Shown: positions 1 to 8,832, counted from the first letter of the stretch. The stretch is 41,656 nucleotides of DNA from Candidatus Altiarchaeota archaeon (GCA_043800255.1 JAZDNF010000007.1:1-41656); one strand, 5' to 3'. Numbers and translations: made by a program. The notes: generated by a model not told the origin, from the sequence alone.

Positions 1-1
1 A

Positions 2-340
2 ACGTCTGTTGAATCATGGCCAGATAACCCCTGTGCTTACAAAGCGTGCTACGGTGGGAACTCATGGTGTTATTATGCTGACGGAACTCGCAATTACATG
101 TCAATGGAATGCAAATACGGGAGAACCTGCGTGGACGGCAACTGTCTGCTACCTGGACAAACAACTACGACAATGACGGCAACTACAACAATCTACCATC
201 CATGTGTCAGGCATTTCTGCTATGAAAATGCCATCTACTGTATGGATACTGAAGGATCCGAAACAGGTTCCCCCATTGATGAATGTTACACACATGGGCA
301 AAACTGTTACGAAAATAGTCAAACAGCTTGGTGCGCTTAA
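2..340 (+). CDS. 3' part of a Cys-rich, Thr-linker, probably secreted protein (5' end outside window)
   Basis: Frame is open from position 2 (TSVESWPDNPCAYKACYGGNSWC...) to TAA at 340. Two similar Cys modules are separated by TTTTMTATTT. Confidence 0.6.
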   Translation, partial: TSVESWPDNPCAYKACYGGNSWCYYADGTRNYMSMECKYGRTCVDGNCLLPGQTTTTMTATTTIYHPCVRHFCYENAIYCMDTEGSETGSPIDECYTHGQNCYENSQTAWCA

Positions 341-373
341 CCGCTGAAATTATGCTATTATCCTGCCGTATCT

Positions 374-1018
374 CTACTTGACTTTCACGCTTGCGAGGAC
401 GTGGTCTTTTATGTAGGGGCTCAGGTTTATCACTTCCGTGACATTGTACTGGGCTCTCAGCTTCCCAACCTCCTCCTTGAATATCTTCTCAGGGTTGACT
501 GCGGAGTCGATGCTCCTCGCCTTGATGGTTATCATCGCGTCAGCCGGGCTGAAGGTTTTGATGTTCTTGATGAGTATGCCGGACTGGTCGCGCTGCGCCA
601 CGTCCTGGTAAATGAAGTCGACCGGGCCGATGCTGTTCATGTAAGTCTGAGGCCTCATGGCGTCTCCCAGTATCGGTATCATGTTCTTCTTCGCCTCGCA
701 GACAGGTAACAACTCATGCATCATCCTCTTCGAGAATTCGACGCAGTATACCATGCCCTCCGTCATGTCAGCCACATGGGACGCCGTTGTGCCGCCTGAA
801 GCGCCCAGGTATAGCACGTCAGAGCTCTTCTGTATGGGCAGCCTCCTGAGGCCGTTCAGTATGGCGGCAGCGAGCTTGCTCCTGAAGGGGTCCCACATCC
901 TGTACTCTCTTCCCCCCTCCCTGAAGAGTTTTTCATTGTAGACTCTGAAGCCTCTTGCGGAGTTCACCGTCGCCAGCCTGCCTCTCGCCATGTAGACTCC
1001 GTTGAACTTTTCTCTCAT
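374..1018 (-). CDS. flpA: fibrillarin-like rRNA/tRNA 2'-O-methyltransferase
   Basis: Motifs YRMWDPFRSKLAAAI, VLYLGASGGTTASHVAD and YQDVAQRDQ. Confidence 0.97.
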   Translation of the reverse strand: MREKFNGVYMARGRLATVNSARGFRVYNEKLFREGGREYRMWDPFRSKLAAAILNGLRRLPIQKSSDVLYLGASGGTTASHVADMTEGMVYCVEFSKRMMHELLPVCEAKKNMIPILGDAMRPQTYMNSIGPVDFIYQDVAQRDQSGILIKNIKTFSPADAMITIKARSIDSAVNPEKIFKEEVGKLRAQYNVTEVINLSPYIKDHVLASVKVK

Positions 1019-2661
1019 CCTATTATCTCCTCGACCCTCTCGAGGGTGTCGCCGTCTTCGGGGCTCTTATCGTCTCTCACCCTCACAAGCCTGGGGAACC
1101 TGAGAGCGTACCCTGACTCATAGGTGGGGCTCTTCTGTATCTCCTCATAGGCCACTTCCATTACGATTGAAGGTTTAAGAGTAACTTCCTTGCCCTTCTG
1201 GCTGGTGATGTTGGGCTTCAACCTATCTGTCAGCTCCTGGAGCTGCTCATCATTCAATCCAGTGGCCATCCTCCCTATCGTTAGATAGTCTCCGGTGTCA
1301 TTGTCTCTGGCTGCTAGCAGGTATGAGCCGAGCCAGCTGGCTCTCCTGCCCTCGCCCCACGTCGCCCCCACCGGGACCAGGTCGAGCGTCTCCATCACAG
1401 GCTTGATCTTGTACATGTACCCTACCCTGGAGCCTGCCTTGTAGGGCGCATTCAATATCTTCACCATGACGCCCTCGTGGCCTGCATCGAGCGCCTGCTT
1501 GTAGAACCTGCCAGCCTCTTCGACGTTGTCTGTGACAAGCTGCTCCGCCAGTCTGAACCTCTCAGAAGGTTTTATAATACCCTCGAGCTTTTTCCTTCTC
1601 GCCTGGAATTCCTCATCGAGCAGGTTTTTGCCGTTCAGGTAGACTATGTCGAAGAGGTTGACTTCGACAGGTATCCTGTCGACCATCTCGCCGATGTCGT
1701 ACTTCCTTTTTATCCTCCTCGAGAGGTTCTGGAACGGCATCGGCTTTCTGTCAGCGTTTATCGCGACTATCTCGCCCTCGACTATCGCCGACTCCGCGTT
1801 GATGCTCTCCCCTGCCAGCTTGGTTATCTCCGGGAACTGTTTCGTCACGTTCTCCAGCCGCCTGGTGTACAATTCAATCTCCCCTGACTTGTGGATCTGC
1901 ACCCTCGCTCCGTCGTATTTCACCTCAAAGGCAGCCTTCCCGGTCTCTTCGACCGCCTTTTCTATGCTGTCCTCCTTCAATGCGAGCATCACCTTGATAG
2001 GCCGCCCAACCTCGATGCTGATGTCGTTGAGGCCCTTCTCCCCTCTCTTCTTGGCGAGCATGGCGACTTCGCCGAGGTCTGATGTCAGATAGTACGCCTT
2101 CTCCACGGACTCCTTGGGTATGCTGAAGGTTTTGGCTATGGCGTCCCTTACTGTGCCCTCCCCTACTCCCAGTCTGAGGTCTCCTAGGATGAGCCTTGTG
2201 ATGTATTTCGCGTCCAATGGAGATGAGAATGAGAGAAGCTCTGAAATGTAGCTCAGCTTCTTCTCCTGGGAGCCTTTTCCTGTGAGCTCGGCCAGTTTCG
2301 CGAGGTTCTCATACACTTTTTCGACTGTGAGCTGCTGGGTGAACAGCGTAGTCTGCGACTTTTTCACGGTAACCTTCTCTGCTGCCAGCCCAGGGTCCCC
2401 GGTCTCCCTTATGACGTCGAATATCCTTGCCTCGGTCTCCCCCGACACCTTTGAGATGGCTTTCACCATTATCTTATCCGCTATCCCGATTTCCTTGTCG
2501 CTCCATGGGGGGAAGATCCGTCCCATGAGGAACAGCACAATCGTTGGAAGGTGCTCTGGCGGCGCCTTCTCCAGGAATTCTGAGACTATGTCTGTGAGTT
2601 CGAGCCTGCTCGAGGTTTTCTCAAGCCTCTGGAAGACCTCGCTCAGGAAACTGAACCTCAT
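1015..2661 (-). CDS. lig: ATP-dependent DNA ligase
   Basis: Adenylation motif EVKYDGARVQIH, plus EGVMVK and ALRFPR. Start moved to MRFSFLSEVF (2661); the track's extension to 2733 overlaps the divergent gene. Confidence 0.96.
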   Translation of the reverse strand: MRFSFLSEVFQRLEKTSSRLELTDIVSEFLEKAPPEHLPTIVLFLMGRIFPPWSDKEIGIADKIMVKAISKVSGETEARIFDVIRETGDPGLAAEKVTVKKSQTTLFTQQLTVEKVYENLAKLAELTGKGSQEKKLSYISELLSFSSPLDAKYITRLILGDLRLGVGEGTVRDAIAKTFSIPKESVEKAYYLTSDLGEVAMLAKKRGEKGLNDISIEVGRPIKVMLALKEDSIEKAVEETGKAAFEVKYDGARVQIHKSGEIELYTRRLENVTKQFPEITKLAGESINAESAIVEGEIVAINADRKPMPFQNLSRRIKRKYDIGEMVDRIPVEVNLFDIVYLNGKNLLDEEFQARRKKLEGIIKPSERFRLAEQLVTDNVEEAGRFYKQALDAGHEGVMVKILNAPYKAGSRVGYMYKIKPVMETLDLVPVGATWGEGRRASWLGSYLLAARDNDTGDYLTIGRMATGLNDEQLQELTDRLKPNITSQKGKEVTLKPSIVMEVAYEEIQKSPTYESGYALRFPRLVRVRDDKSPEDGDTLERVEEIIG

Positions 2662-2674
2662 GTTATGTTTTACT

Positions 2675-3109
2675 TTGCGGCGGATAAATATTAACGTGGA
2701 AATCATCATCGAGACGCCGAAGTGGAGCTTCATAAAGTATAAGTTTGTTGGCGGCTCTTTTGTCAGGTCTCTGGTCTCGCCTTTTCCGACGCTCTACAAT
2801 TATGGTTTTGCCGTCGGCTCTGTTGGGGGTGACGGCCAGCCGCAGGATGTCCTGGTTCTGGGCCGGAGGCTGCCTGCTGGGACAAGACTTAATGCTAACA
2901 TTTTAGGTTATGTGCAATTCCAAGACAAGGGTTTAGAAGATAATAAGCTGATATGTGTGCCATCAGGCAGAATATCCCTAGCAGACCGGTTAATGATTGA
3001 CATGTTCTTCAGAGCCTATAGTTTATTCAAGAGAGCGTACTATCTGTTCAAATACTCTAAGTCGGTTGGATGCAGCTATAACGGTGTTATTTTATATAAT
3101 TCAAAATAG
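2675..3109 (+). CDS. short family I inorganic pyrophosphatase-like protein (start uncertain: TTG 2675 or GTG 2696)
   Basis: VEIIIETPK...KY, YNYGF, GGDGQPQDVLVLG and DNKLICV match the soluble PPase layout. This is the C-terminal part of track ORF 2282..3109. Confidence 0.7.
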   Translation: MRRININVEIIIETPKWSFIKYKFVGGSFVRSLVSPFPTLYNYGFAVGSVGGDGQPQDVLVLGRRLPAGTRLNANILGYVQFQDKGLEDNKLICVPSGRISLADRLMIDMFFRAYSLFKRAYYLFKYSKSVGCSYNGVILYNSK

Positions 3110-3199
3110 TAAAAATAGAATTTCTAGTATTTTCCAAATTTTTCCGTAAAATCAGGCATTATATCAATTAGTTATTGCAAATAATACACAATACTACTC

Positions 3200-4702
3200 T
3201 TACTCCTTCAGGAATATGCGCCTTAACATGTTGAGAAACCCTTTCTTCTTCGGCTTAGGCAGTTTCTCGACCTTCTTTTCCCCCTCATCGACCTTCTCCT
3301 CCACTTTCAAGGGCGGCGTCGAGGAGAAATGCTTCGTCTCCCTCACCCTGATGTCGACTGTTATGGGCTGCTCGACGCACTCGCCCACTACAAGAGCGTG
3401 GCCGATGGAAAGCTGCTTTATCTCAGCCTCCATCCCAGAAGTGAAACCCTCGATTGACTGGCCTATGGCCCTCAGGTCATTCGGATTCGTAACCTTCAGG
3501 ATTATCTGGGTGCTGCACTGGGAGAGTACGTTCTTGTCAACCCTCGCAGGCCGCTGGCTGACGACGCACAGGAAAAAGCCAAACTTCCTGCCCTCTGATG
3601 CGACATCCCTTATCACATTGGAGGATATGACGTTGCCGCCGTAGCCTCTCTCAGGACAGAAGTTGTGAGCCTCCTCTATCAAAAAGAAGAATTCCGGGAT
3701 CTTCCCGAGCCTTCTCGCGTCGAAGAGGTCCCTCACGACCTTTGCAACGACAAGCTGCTGTATCCCTGGGTCGGTGCCCCTCAGGTTTACTATGGACGCG
3801 CGGTTTTTGACGACGAGCTCCTGCGCTGTCACCGGCGTACCCACAAAGGCGCCGCTCTCCGCCAGAGTCTCAAGGCCGCTGACGACCTTCCACTTCGCCT
3901 TCGAGGGGCTGCCAGACACGTCCTTTATCAGGTCGCCGAGGGTGTACTCTGTCCCCTCCAGCCTTTTGAGGCTCTCATACAACAGCGACTTCTGCGTGTC
4001 AGACAGCTGCACCGGCATGATGTTAGACAACTCCATCATGTCAAATGAGGGGTTCAAGCTCATCCTCACGGCGTTCGGGTTGACTTCAAGGTTCGTCGCA
4101 TACTCCGTTATCCTGTCAGCGTATGACGCTGCCTTGACCTCGCACTTTAGCATCTCATCGTACTCGTCGTTTTCAACCTTAAGTGAGCTGTATTCGCCGT
4201 GCGGATCCACTATGACAATAGGTATGCCATCCTTCATCAGCTCCTCCAGCATGACAGCGACAGTGTAGCTTTTCCCAGCCCCTGTCTTAGCAAGGACGGA
4301 AGTATGCTTTCCAATCGTCTTTTTCACGTTCAAATATACTGAAATGTCATGGCCTTCCAACCTGCCCAAGTAGATGTTACCCTCCCGCCTGCTGCTCAGG
4401 CCTAGGATGTCTATTATCAGGCTCTTATCCGCCATGTAAACCTTCTCTTCGGGCTTGAACGGCGTCTTAGGTATCAGTATGCTGTTCTCCTGCATGTATC
4501 CGACCGTGTGGGCGTTGGCAATATTTATCTCATCCTCGAACTCGTCCAGGTACCTCTTCATCGAGTCTATCCTCGCGAGAACCCAGCCGTAGATGTCATG
4601 TTTTATCTTCACATAGCTGCCGCGTTCGACTCCAGGCTTGGACAGGAGTATAGTGAACGTCGTCGACTTGACTTCGCCGTGTATGGCGCCTACAGCCTCC
4701 AT
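3200..4702 (-). CDS. HerA/DUF87-family ATPase with N-terminal HAS-barrel-like domain
   Basis: Walker A AKTGAGKS, IVDPHGEY, Walker B FLIEEAHNF, EGRKFG and SQRPA. Confidence 0.9.
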   Translation of the reverse strand: MEAVGAIHGEVKSTTFTILLSKPGVERGSYVKIKHDIYGWVLARIDSMKRYLDEFEDEINIANAHTVGYMQENSILIPKTPFKPEEKVYMADKSLIIDILGLSSRREGNIYLGRLEGHDISVYLNVKKTIGKHTSVLAKTGAGKSYTVAVMLEELMKDGIPIVIVDPHGEYSSLKVENDEYDEMLKCEVKAASYADRITEYATNLEVNPNAVRMSLNPSFDMMELSNIMPVQLSDTQKSLLYESLKRLEGTEYTLGDLIKDVSGSPSKAKWKVVSGLETLAESGAFVGTPVTAQELVVKNRASIVNLRGTDPGIQQLVVAKVVRDLFDARRLGKIPEFFFLIEEAHNFCPERGYGGNVISSNVIRDVASEGRKFGFFLCVVSQRPARVDKNVLSQCSTQIILKVTNPNDLRAIGQSIEGFTSGMEAEIKQLSIGHALVVGECVEQPITVDIRVRETKHFSSTPPLKVEEKVDEGEKKVEKLPKPKKKGFLNMLRRIFLKE

Positions 4703-4741
4703 GTTACATTATTAGTCCTTTTCAAAAGATAATATACGAGT

Positions 4742-5452
4742 ATGGCCGAGTTTTCCGTTATACTGGTGGGCGCCAAGTACGAGGGTAACGTGGGGAGCGT
4801 GGCGAGGGTGATGAAAAACTTCGGCCTCTCGGATCTTATCCTAGTCGACCCGCCGGAGCTGAGCAGGGAGGCGAGGCAGAAGGCGATGCACGCCCAGGAG
4901 ATACTGAAAGGTGTGAGAGAGTACGATAGTCTGGACCAGCTTAAGCACGAGTTCGACTTCCTGGTGGGGACATCAGCCATAACAGGCACGGACAAGAACT
5001 CGCTCAGGGTTCCCATCAGGCCGTGGGGCCTTGCGAACGCGCTGCAGGGGAAAGGCAGAGTGGGCCTGGTCTTCGGCAGGGAGGACTACGGCCTCAGCAA
5101 CGAGGAGATAAGATTGTGCGACGTCTTCGTCACGATACCGGCTGACAGAAAATATCCGACGCTCAGCCTCCCGCAGTCTGTCGGCATAATCCTCTACGAG
5201 CTCTCTAGGCTGAAGTATGCTGACAAGGCCAAGGGCATGAAGTTTCGTGAGTTCAGCAAGAAGGAGAAGGAGGTCCTCCTGGAGAAGTTCGACGGCCTCG
5301 CTGACATGCTCTACGAGGGAGACTTCGAGAACAGGCTGGTGAAGAAGACGTTCAGGCAGCTGATAGGCAGGGCCTTCATAGCCGGGAGGGAAGCCTACAC
5401 CCTGATAGGGCTTTTCAGGAAATCGGCCGAGAGGATTGGAAAGAAAGGCTGA
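4742..5452 (+). CDS. trmJ: SPOUT RNA methyltransferase, TrmJ/LasT family
   Basis: Motifs GNVGSVARVMKNFG, LVFGREDYGLSNEE and YPTLSLPQSV. Confidence 0.9.
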   Translation: MAEFSVILVGAKYEGNVGSVARVMKNFGLSDLILVDPPELSREARQKAMHAQEILKGVREYDSLDQLKHEFDFLVGTSAITGTDKNSLRVPIRPWGLANALQGKGRVGLVFGREDYGLSNEEIRLCDVFVTIPADRKYPTLSLPQSVGIILYELSRLKYADKAKGMKFREFSKKEKEVLLEKFDGLADMLYEGDFENRLVKKTFRQLIGRAFIAGREAYTLIGLFRKSAERIGKKG

Positions 5453-5500
5453 ATGGGGGTTTTTTTGGCGTTGCGATGCCTTCCCGCTATTTTTATTTGT

Positions 5501-5528
5501 GTATTACAATTGATATCACATGTCATAC
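5501..5528. promoter_or_regulatory. putative RHH operator GTATTA-N16-TCATAC overlapping the RHH start codon
   Basis: gtatta 5501-5506, 16-nt spacer, tcatac 5523-5528. One mismatch to the E. coli NikR operator GTATGA-N16-TCATAC. Confidence 0.45.
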
Positions 5529-5657
5529 AAGATCGCCATCTGCGTCAGAATAGACGGCGAGCTCATGAAACGCTTCGACAAGGTGGCAAAAGGAGAAGGC
5601 TACGACAGGAGCGAGGCCGTGCGTGAGGCGATCAGGAGATTCATAAAGGAGAGGTGA
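5520..5657 (+). CDS. ribbon-helix-helix (CopG/NikR-N) regulator, 45 aa, not in ORF track
   Basis: Translated by hand as MSYKIAICVRIDGELMKRFDKVAKGEGYDRSEAVREAIRRFIKER. RSEAVREAI is an RHH signature. Ends 6 nt before the KaiC-like gene. Confidence 0.85.
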   Translation: MSYKIAICVRIDGELMKRFDKVAKGEGYDRSEAVREAIRRFIKER

Positions 5658-5663
5658 ACAGGA

Positions 5664-6356
5664 ATGGAACGAATGAAATCAGGAATACCTGGCTTGGATG
5701 AGATGATAGAGGGCGGGTTCAGGAGGAACTCGACCACATTGGTGAGCGGCGGCTGCGGGAGCGGGAAGTCAACGTTCTGCATGCAGTTCGTCTACAGTGG
5801 GGCGGCTGCCGGGGAGCCTGGCGTGTACATAACGTTTGAGGAATTCCCGGAGAACATGAAAGAGTCCATGCTGAGGTACGGGTGGAACATCGACGAGATG
5901 GAGAAGAAGAAGCAGATGAAGATACTGCGCCTTGACCCGATGGAGGTAGTCCACGTTATAAAGGAGGACTACGGGCCGATAGTGAACGCGGTCTCGGAGT
6001 TGAAGGCCAAGAGGGTCGTGATAGACTCCATGAGCAGCATAGAGGCGATGATAGAGAACGACTTCGAGAAGAGGCGGAACGTCCTCGAGCTCACGAGATG
6101 GCTTAAGGACAACAACTGCACGTCCCTCCTCATAGGGGAGTCAGAGCAGGACCCGAACGTCTACTCGAGGCAGGGCGTGATAGAGTTCGCGGTTGACGGC
6201 GTCATAGTGCTTTATAACATCCGCAGGGAGAGCGCCAGGCACAGGGCCTTGGAAGTGCTGAAGATGAGAGGAACCAACCACATGAACAAGATAGTGCCTT
6301 TCGTGATAAAGGACGGCATAGAGCTGATGCCCAAGCAGAAGCTTTTCGGCGTATAA
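5664..6356 (+). CDS. single-domain KaiC/RAD55-like RecA-superfamily ATPase
   Basis: Motifs SGIPGLDEMIEGG, GGCGSGKST, VYITFEE, RVVIDS, VDGVIVL and LKMRGT. Confidence 0.92.
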   Translation: MERMKSGIPGLDEMIEGGFRRNSTTLVSGGCGSGKSTFCMQFVYSGAAAGEPGVYITFEEFPENMKESMLRYGWNIDEMEKKKQMKILRLDPMEVVHVIKEDYGPIVNAVSELKAKRVVIDSMSSIEAMIENDFEKRRNVLELTRWLKDNNCTSLLIGESEQDPNVYSRQGVIEFAVDGVIVLYNIRRESARHRALEVLKMRGTNHMNKIVPFVIKDGIELMPKQKLFGV

Positions 6357-6386
6357 ATAAATCCCCTACAAAATAACTGAGGCACG

Positions 6387-7631
6387 ATGGACGACCGCTT
6401 GCTGAAAAGGCTGGCAGAAGAGCATGGGACGCCGCTGTACGTCTACGACGAGAGGAGGATCAGATCCAATCTCAGAAGATACGTCAGGGCCTTCAGGAGC
6501 AGGTACCCTAAGGTGAGGATATTCTACGCCTACAAGGCGAACACCAGCCTCGCGGTCTGCAGGATAATGAAGTCTGAGGGCGCTGGAGCAGACGTAGTCT
6601 CAGCAGGAGAGCTCAGGACTGCCCTAAAGGTTGGGCTGAGGCCGGAGCAGATACTGTACACGAGCAACAGCAAAACGCCCGCCGACCTGGAGGAGGCTGT
6701 CAGGGCTGGCGTGATGATAAACGTTGACTCTGTTGACGAGATCGAGATTTTGGGCAGGATAGCCCGCAGATTAAGGAAAGATACCCGGATATCCTTCAGG
6801 ATTAATCCCTCGGTGAATCCCAGAACGCACCCGAAGATTGCGACAGGCCTCAGGAATTCGAAGTTCGGACTGCACGTGGAGAAGAACATAGCATACGATG
6901 CCTACATCAAGGCTTCCCGGATGGAGAACATACTGGTTGCGGGATTGCAGACTCACATCGGTTCCCAGATTCTCGAGACCAGAGGCTTCGAGGATGCGAC
7001 CCGGAAGGTCATGGAATTCGCAGGAAAGCTCGCAGAGGCTGGAATAAGCCTGGAGTTCATAGACCTTGGAGGAGGCCTTGGCATACCCTACCAGGGAAAG
7101 GCCGCTCTTACTCCTGAGAAGCTTGCCTCCAGGATAGTGCCAATATTCAGAGAGGGCGTGCGAGCTTTAGGCTATACACCCGAACTGTGGCTTGAGCCTG
7201 GCAGGTACATAGTAGGCGATGCTGGAATCCTCCTGACCCGGGTGAACTCAGTCAAGAGGACTCCCTATAAGAACTTTGTGAACGTGGACTGCGGGTTCAA
7301 CACGCTAATGAGGCCTGCCATGTACGGCTCATATCACCGTGTGAGCGTCCTGGGCAGGAGCGGCTCAAGGTCGAAGTATGATGTCGCAGGCAACGTCTGC
7401 GAATCCGGTGACATCCTCGCAAGGGACAGGAGCCTGCCGAGAGTGAGGGCAGGCGACCTCATCGCAGTCTACGACGCAGGAGCCTACGGGTTTTCGATGG
7501 CATCCGAGTACAATAGCCAGCCGCTGACTGCCGAAGTCCTAGTGTCAGGCGGCCGCTCTCATCTCATCAGGGAGCGCGGCCGGCAGGATGACCTTTACCG
7601 GCGTCAGAAAATCCCAGCGCATCTGAGATAA
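6387..7631 (+). CDS. lysA: diaminopimelate decarboxylase
   Basis: GTPLYVYD, YAYKAN (PLP Lys), HIGSQI, DLGGGLG, EPGRYIV, CESGD and GAYGFSMASEYN. Confidence 0.96.
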   Translation: MDDRLLKRLAEEHGTPLYVYDERRIRSNLRRYVRAFRSRYPKVRIFYAYKANTSLAVCRIMKSEGAGADVVSAGELRTALKVGLRPEQILYTSNSKTPADLEEAVRAGVMINVDSVDEIEILGRIARRLRKDTRISFRINPSVNPRTHPKIATGLRNSKFGLHVEKNIAYDAYIKASRMENILVAGLQTHIGSQILETRGFEDATRKVMEFAGKLAEAGISLEFIDLGGGLGIPYQGKAALTPEKLASRIVPIFREGVRALGYTPELWLEPGRYIVGDAGILLTRVNSVKRTPYKNFVNVDCGFNTLMRPAMYGSYHRVSVLGRSGSRSKYDVAGNVCESGDILARDRSLPRVRAGDLIAVYDAGAYGFSMASEYNSQPLTAEVLVSGGRSHLIRERGRQDDLYRRQKIPAHLR

Positions 7632-8591
7632 TCACATCTTCCCCTTCTTGAGGATGTCCTTCAGGTCTTTTGACATCTCCTTCAGATATGGGGCTTCGAC
7701 GTTCTCTTGGATGCGCTTTGAAATCGTGTTGTAGACTTTCTTCGGGTTTGGTATGCCGAAGAGGGCGTAGCTGCTTCTGGTCCTGGGGACGTTGACGCTC
7801 TGCCCTCCCGTCACCGCGCCCCCGAATATGGGCCCCTGGCCTCTCTGTCCTGCGACGCCGAGGCTCACGGCCGCGAAGTCGTCGCCTATCCCCAGGCCCG
7901 AGGCTGTTATCGGTATCAGCGTCCCGAAGTTGAATATCCTGCCGATGAAAGGCTGGTCTACTACCATGTTGTTTATCTTGTCATAATTTAATGCGTTCTC
8001 CTTGTATCCGAAGAACTTCAGCTGGGTGATGATCCTGAAGTTTGTGACGTAGAACCTGTGGGCTCTCCTGAACAGTTCGACGCCTCCTATCCCCACAATC
8101 GAGAGCAGTATTGCAATGTAGTATGTGGCCTCCCCAGGCAGGCCTAACCCAAGTGTTATGCCGACGCTGAGCAGGCCCACCGCATTCATGATGAAAATCC
8201 ACCTCCACGATATCCTGAATACCGAGATTGCGAAGCCGAAAGATACCAGCAGCACAATCCATAGCAGCACTGGCAGGTACTCTTGCGAGGATATGGTGTG
8301 CACCACAGACCCGACGAACATGCCCATGAACATGTTAATGTCGCTCAATACTGGAATCATGCCAGCCCACGGCGAGTCCATGTCGCCTGTGAACGGCATG
8401 AGCAATCCCACAACAGATGCAAGCGGGTACCTGAACAGCTCAGCCAGCTCGTCAGCGTATACTATGAACATCAAGCTCAAAGCTATTATCACAGCCCATA
8501 TGAGGAAAAGGCCATAGAATGCGAGAACATGCGGCCTCAGATTGGCCTCAATCTTCTCCCCCTCGAGAAGCTCCAGATGGTCCTCGTCCAT
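7632..8591 (-). CDS. membrane protein with C-terminal bacterial PH (bPH_2)-like domain
   Basis: Several hydrophobic helices followed by FYVTNFRII...YDKI...DQPFIGRIFNFGTL. Start placed at MDEDHLE (8591), with TTTATA on the minus strand at 8620-8625. Confidence 0.75.
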   Translation of the reverse strand: MDEDHLELLEGEKIEANLRPHVLAFYGLFLIWAVIIALSLMFIVYADELAELFRYPLASVVGLLMPFTGDMDSPWAGMIPVLSDINMFMGMFVGSVVHTISSQEYLPVLLWIVLLVSFGFAISVFRISWRWIFIMNAVGLLSVGITLGLGLPGEATYYIAILLSIVGIGGVELFRRAHRFYVTNFRIITQLKFFGYKENALNYDKINNMVVDQPFIGRIFNFGTLIPITASGLGIGDDFAAVSLGVAGQRGQGPIFGGAVTGGQSVNVPRTRSSYALFGIPNPKKVYNTISKRIQENVEAPYLKEMSKDLKDILKKGKM

Positions 8592-8628
8592 AACATTAAT
8601 ATTATACTGCATCAGCCAGTATAAATCT

Positions 8629-8770
8629 AAGATTTCCACCAGTCTATTGACTGGTGGCGGAAATCTTCTGTCAAGAACCGCCGGTGTGGCGGAGGCAGAT
8701 GCCTCCGACACGCGCCCGAGCAAGGCTCGGCCGCGTCAGAGACCAGTGGCATGTGAAGTGGTTCTTGACA
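8629..8770. ncRNA. unidentified highly structured element (candidate ncRNA or MITE)
   Basis: Hairpin 8629-8667. Stem tgtcaagaacc/ggttcttgaca (8669-8679/8760-8770) encloses hairpins cggaggc-agat-gcctccg and ccgagc-aag-gctcgg. T5 tract at 8775-8779. Confidence 0.5.
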
Positions 8771-8778
8771 ACGCTTTT

Positions 8779-8832
8779 TCAGCACTCATAAGCATCATCA
8801 CAGCCTGAGGCTCAGCCAGCCTATGTCATCAT
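8779..8832 (-). ncRNA. box C/D guide sRNA; D guide predicted to target C34 of tRNA-Met(CAU)
   Basis: Minus strand reads ATGATGA cataggctgg CTGA gcctcaggct GTGATGA tgcttatgagtg CTGA, giving perfect C, D', C' and D boxes. The D guide is complementary to CACUCAUAAGCA. Confidence 0.9.

Noticed and set aside
2282-2674. N-terminal part of the 275-aa track ORF
   Set aside because: Antisense shadow of lig; only the PPase-like C-terminal part looks real.
3200-4702. HerA-based defence system or herA-nurA repair operon
   Set aside because: No nurA, mre11, rad50, SIR2 or nuclease partner is adjacent, and composition is host-like.
8592-8723. N-terminal extension of track ORF 7632..8723
   Set aside because: It runs through the promoter and the structured element; ATG 8591 with a TATA ~30 nt upstream is more plausible.
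8669-8770. FMN or cobalamin riboswitch, or H/ACA RNA (ACCGGCGGU, GCCACUG and terminal ACA fragments)
   Set aside because: The other conserved riboswitch motifs are missing, and no clear K-turn or two-sided pseudouridylation pocket was found.
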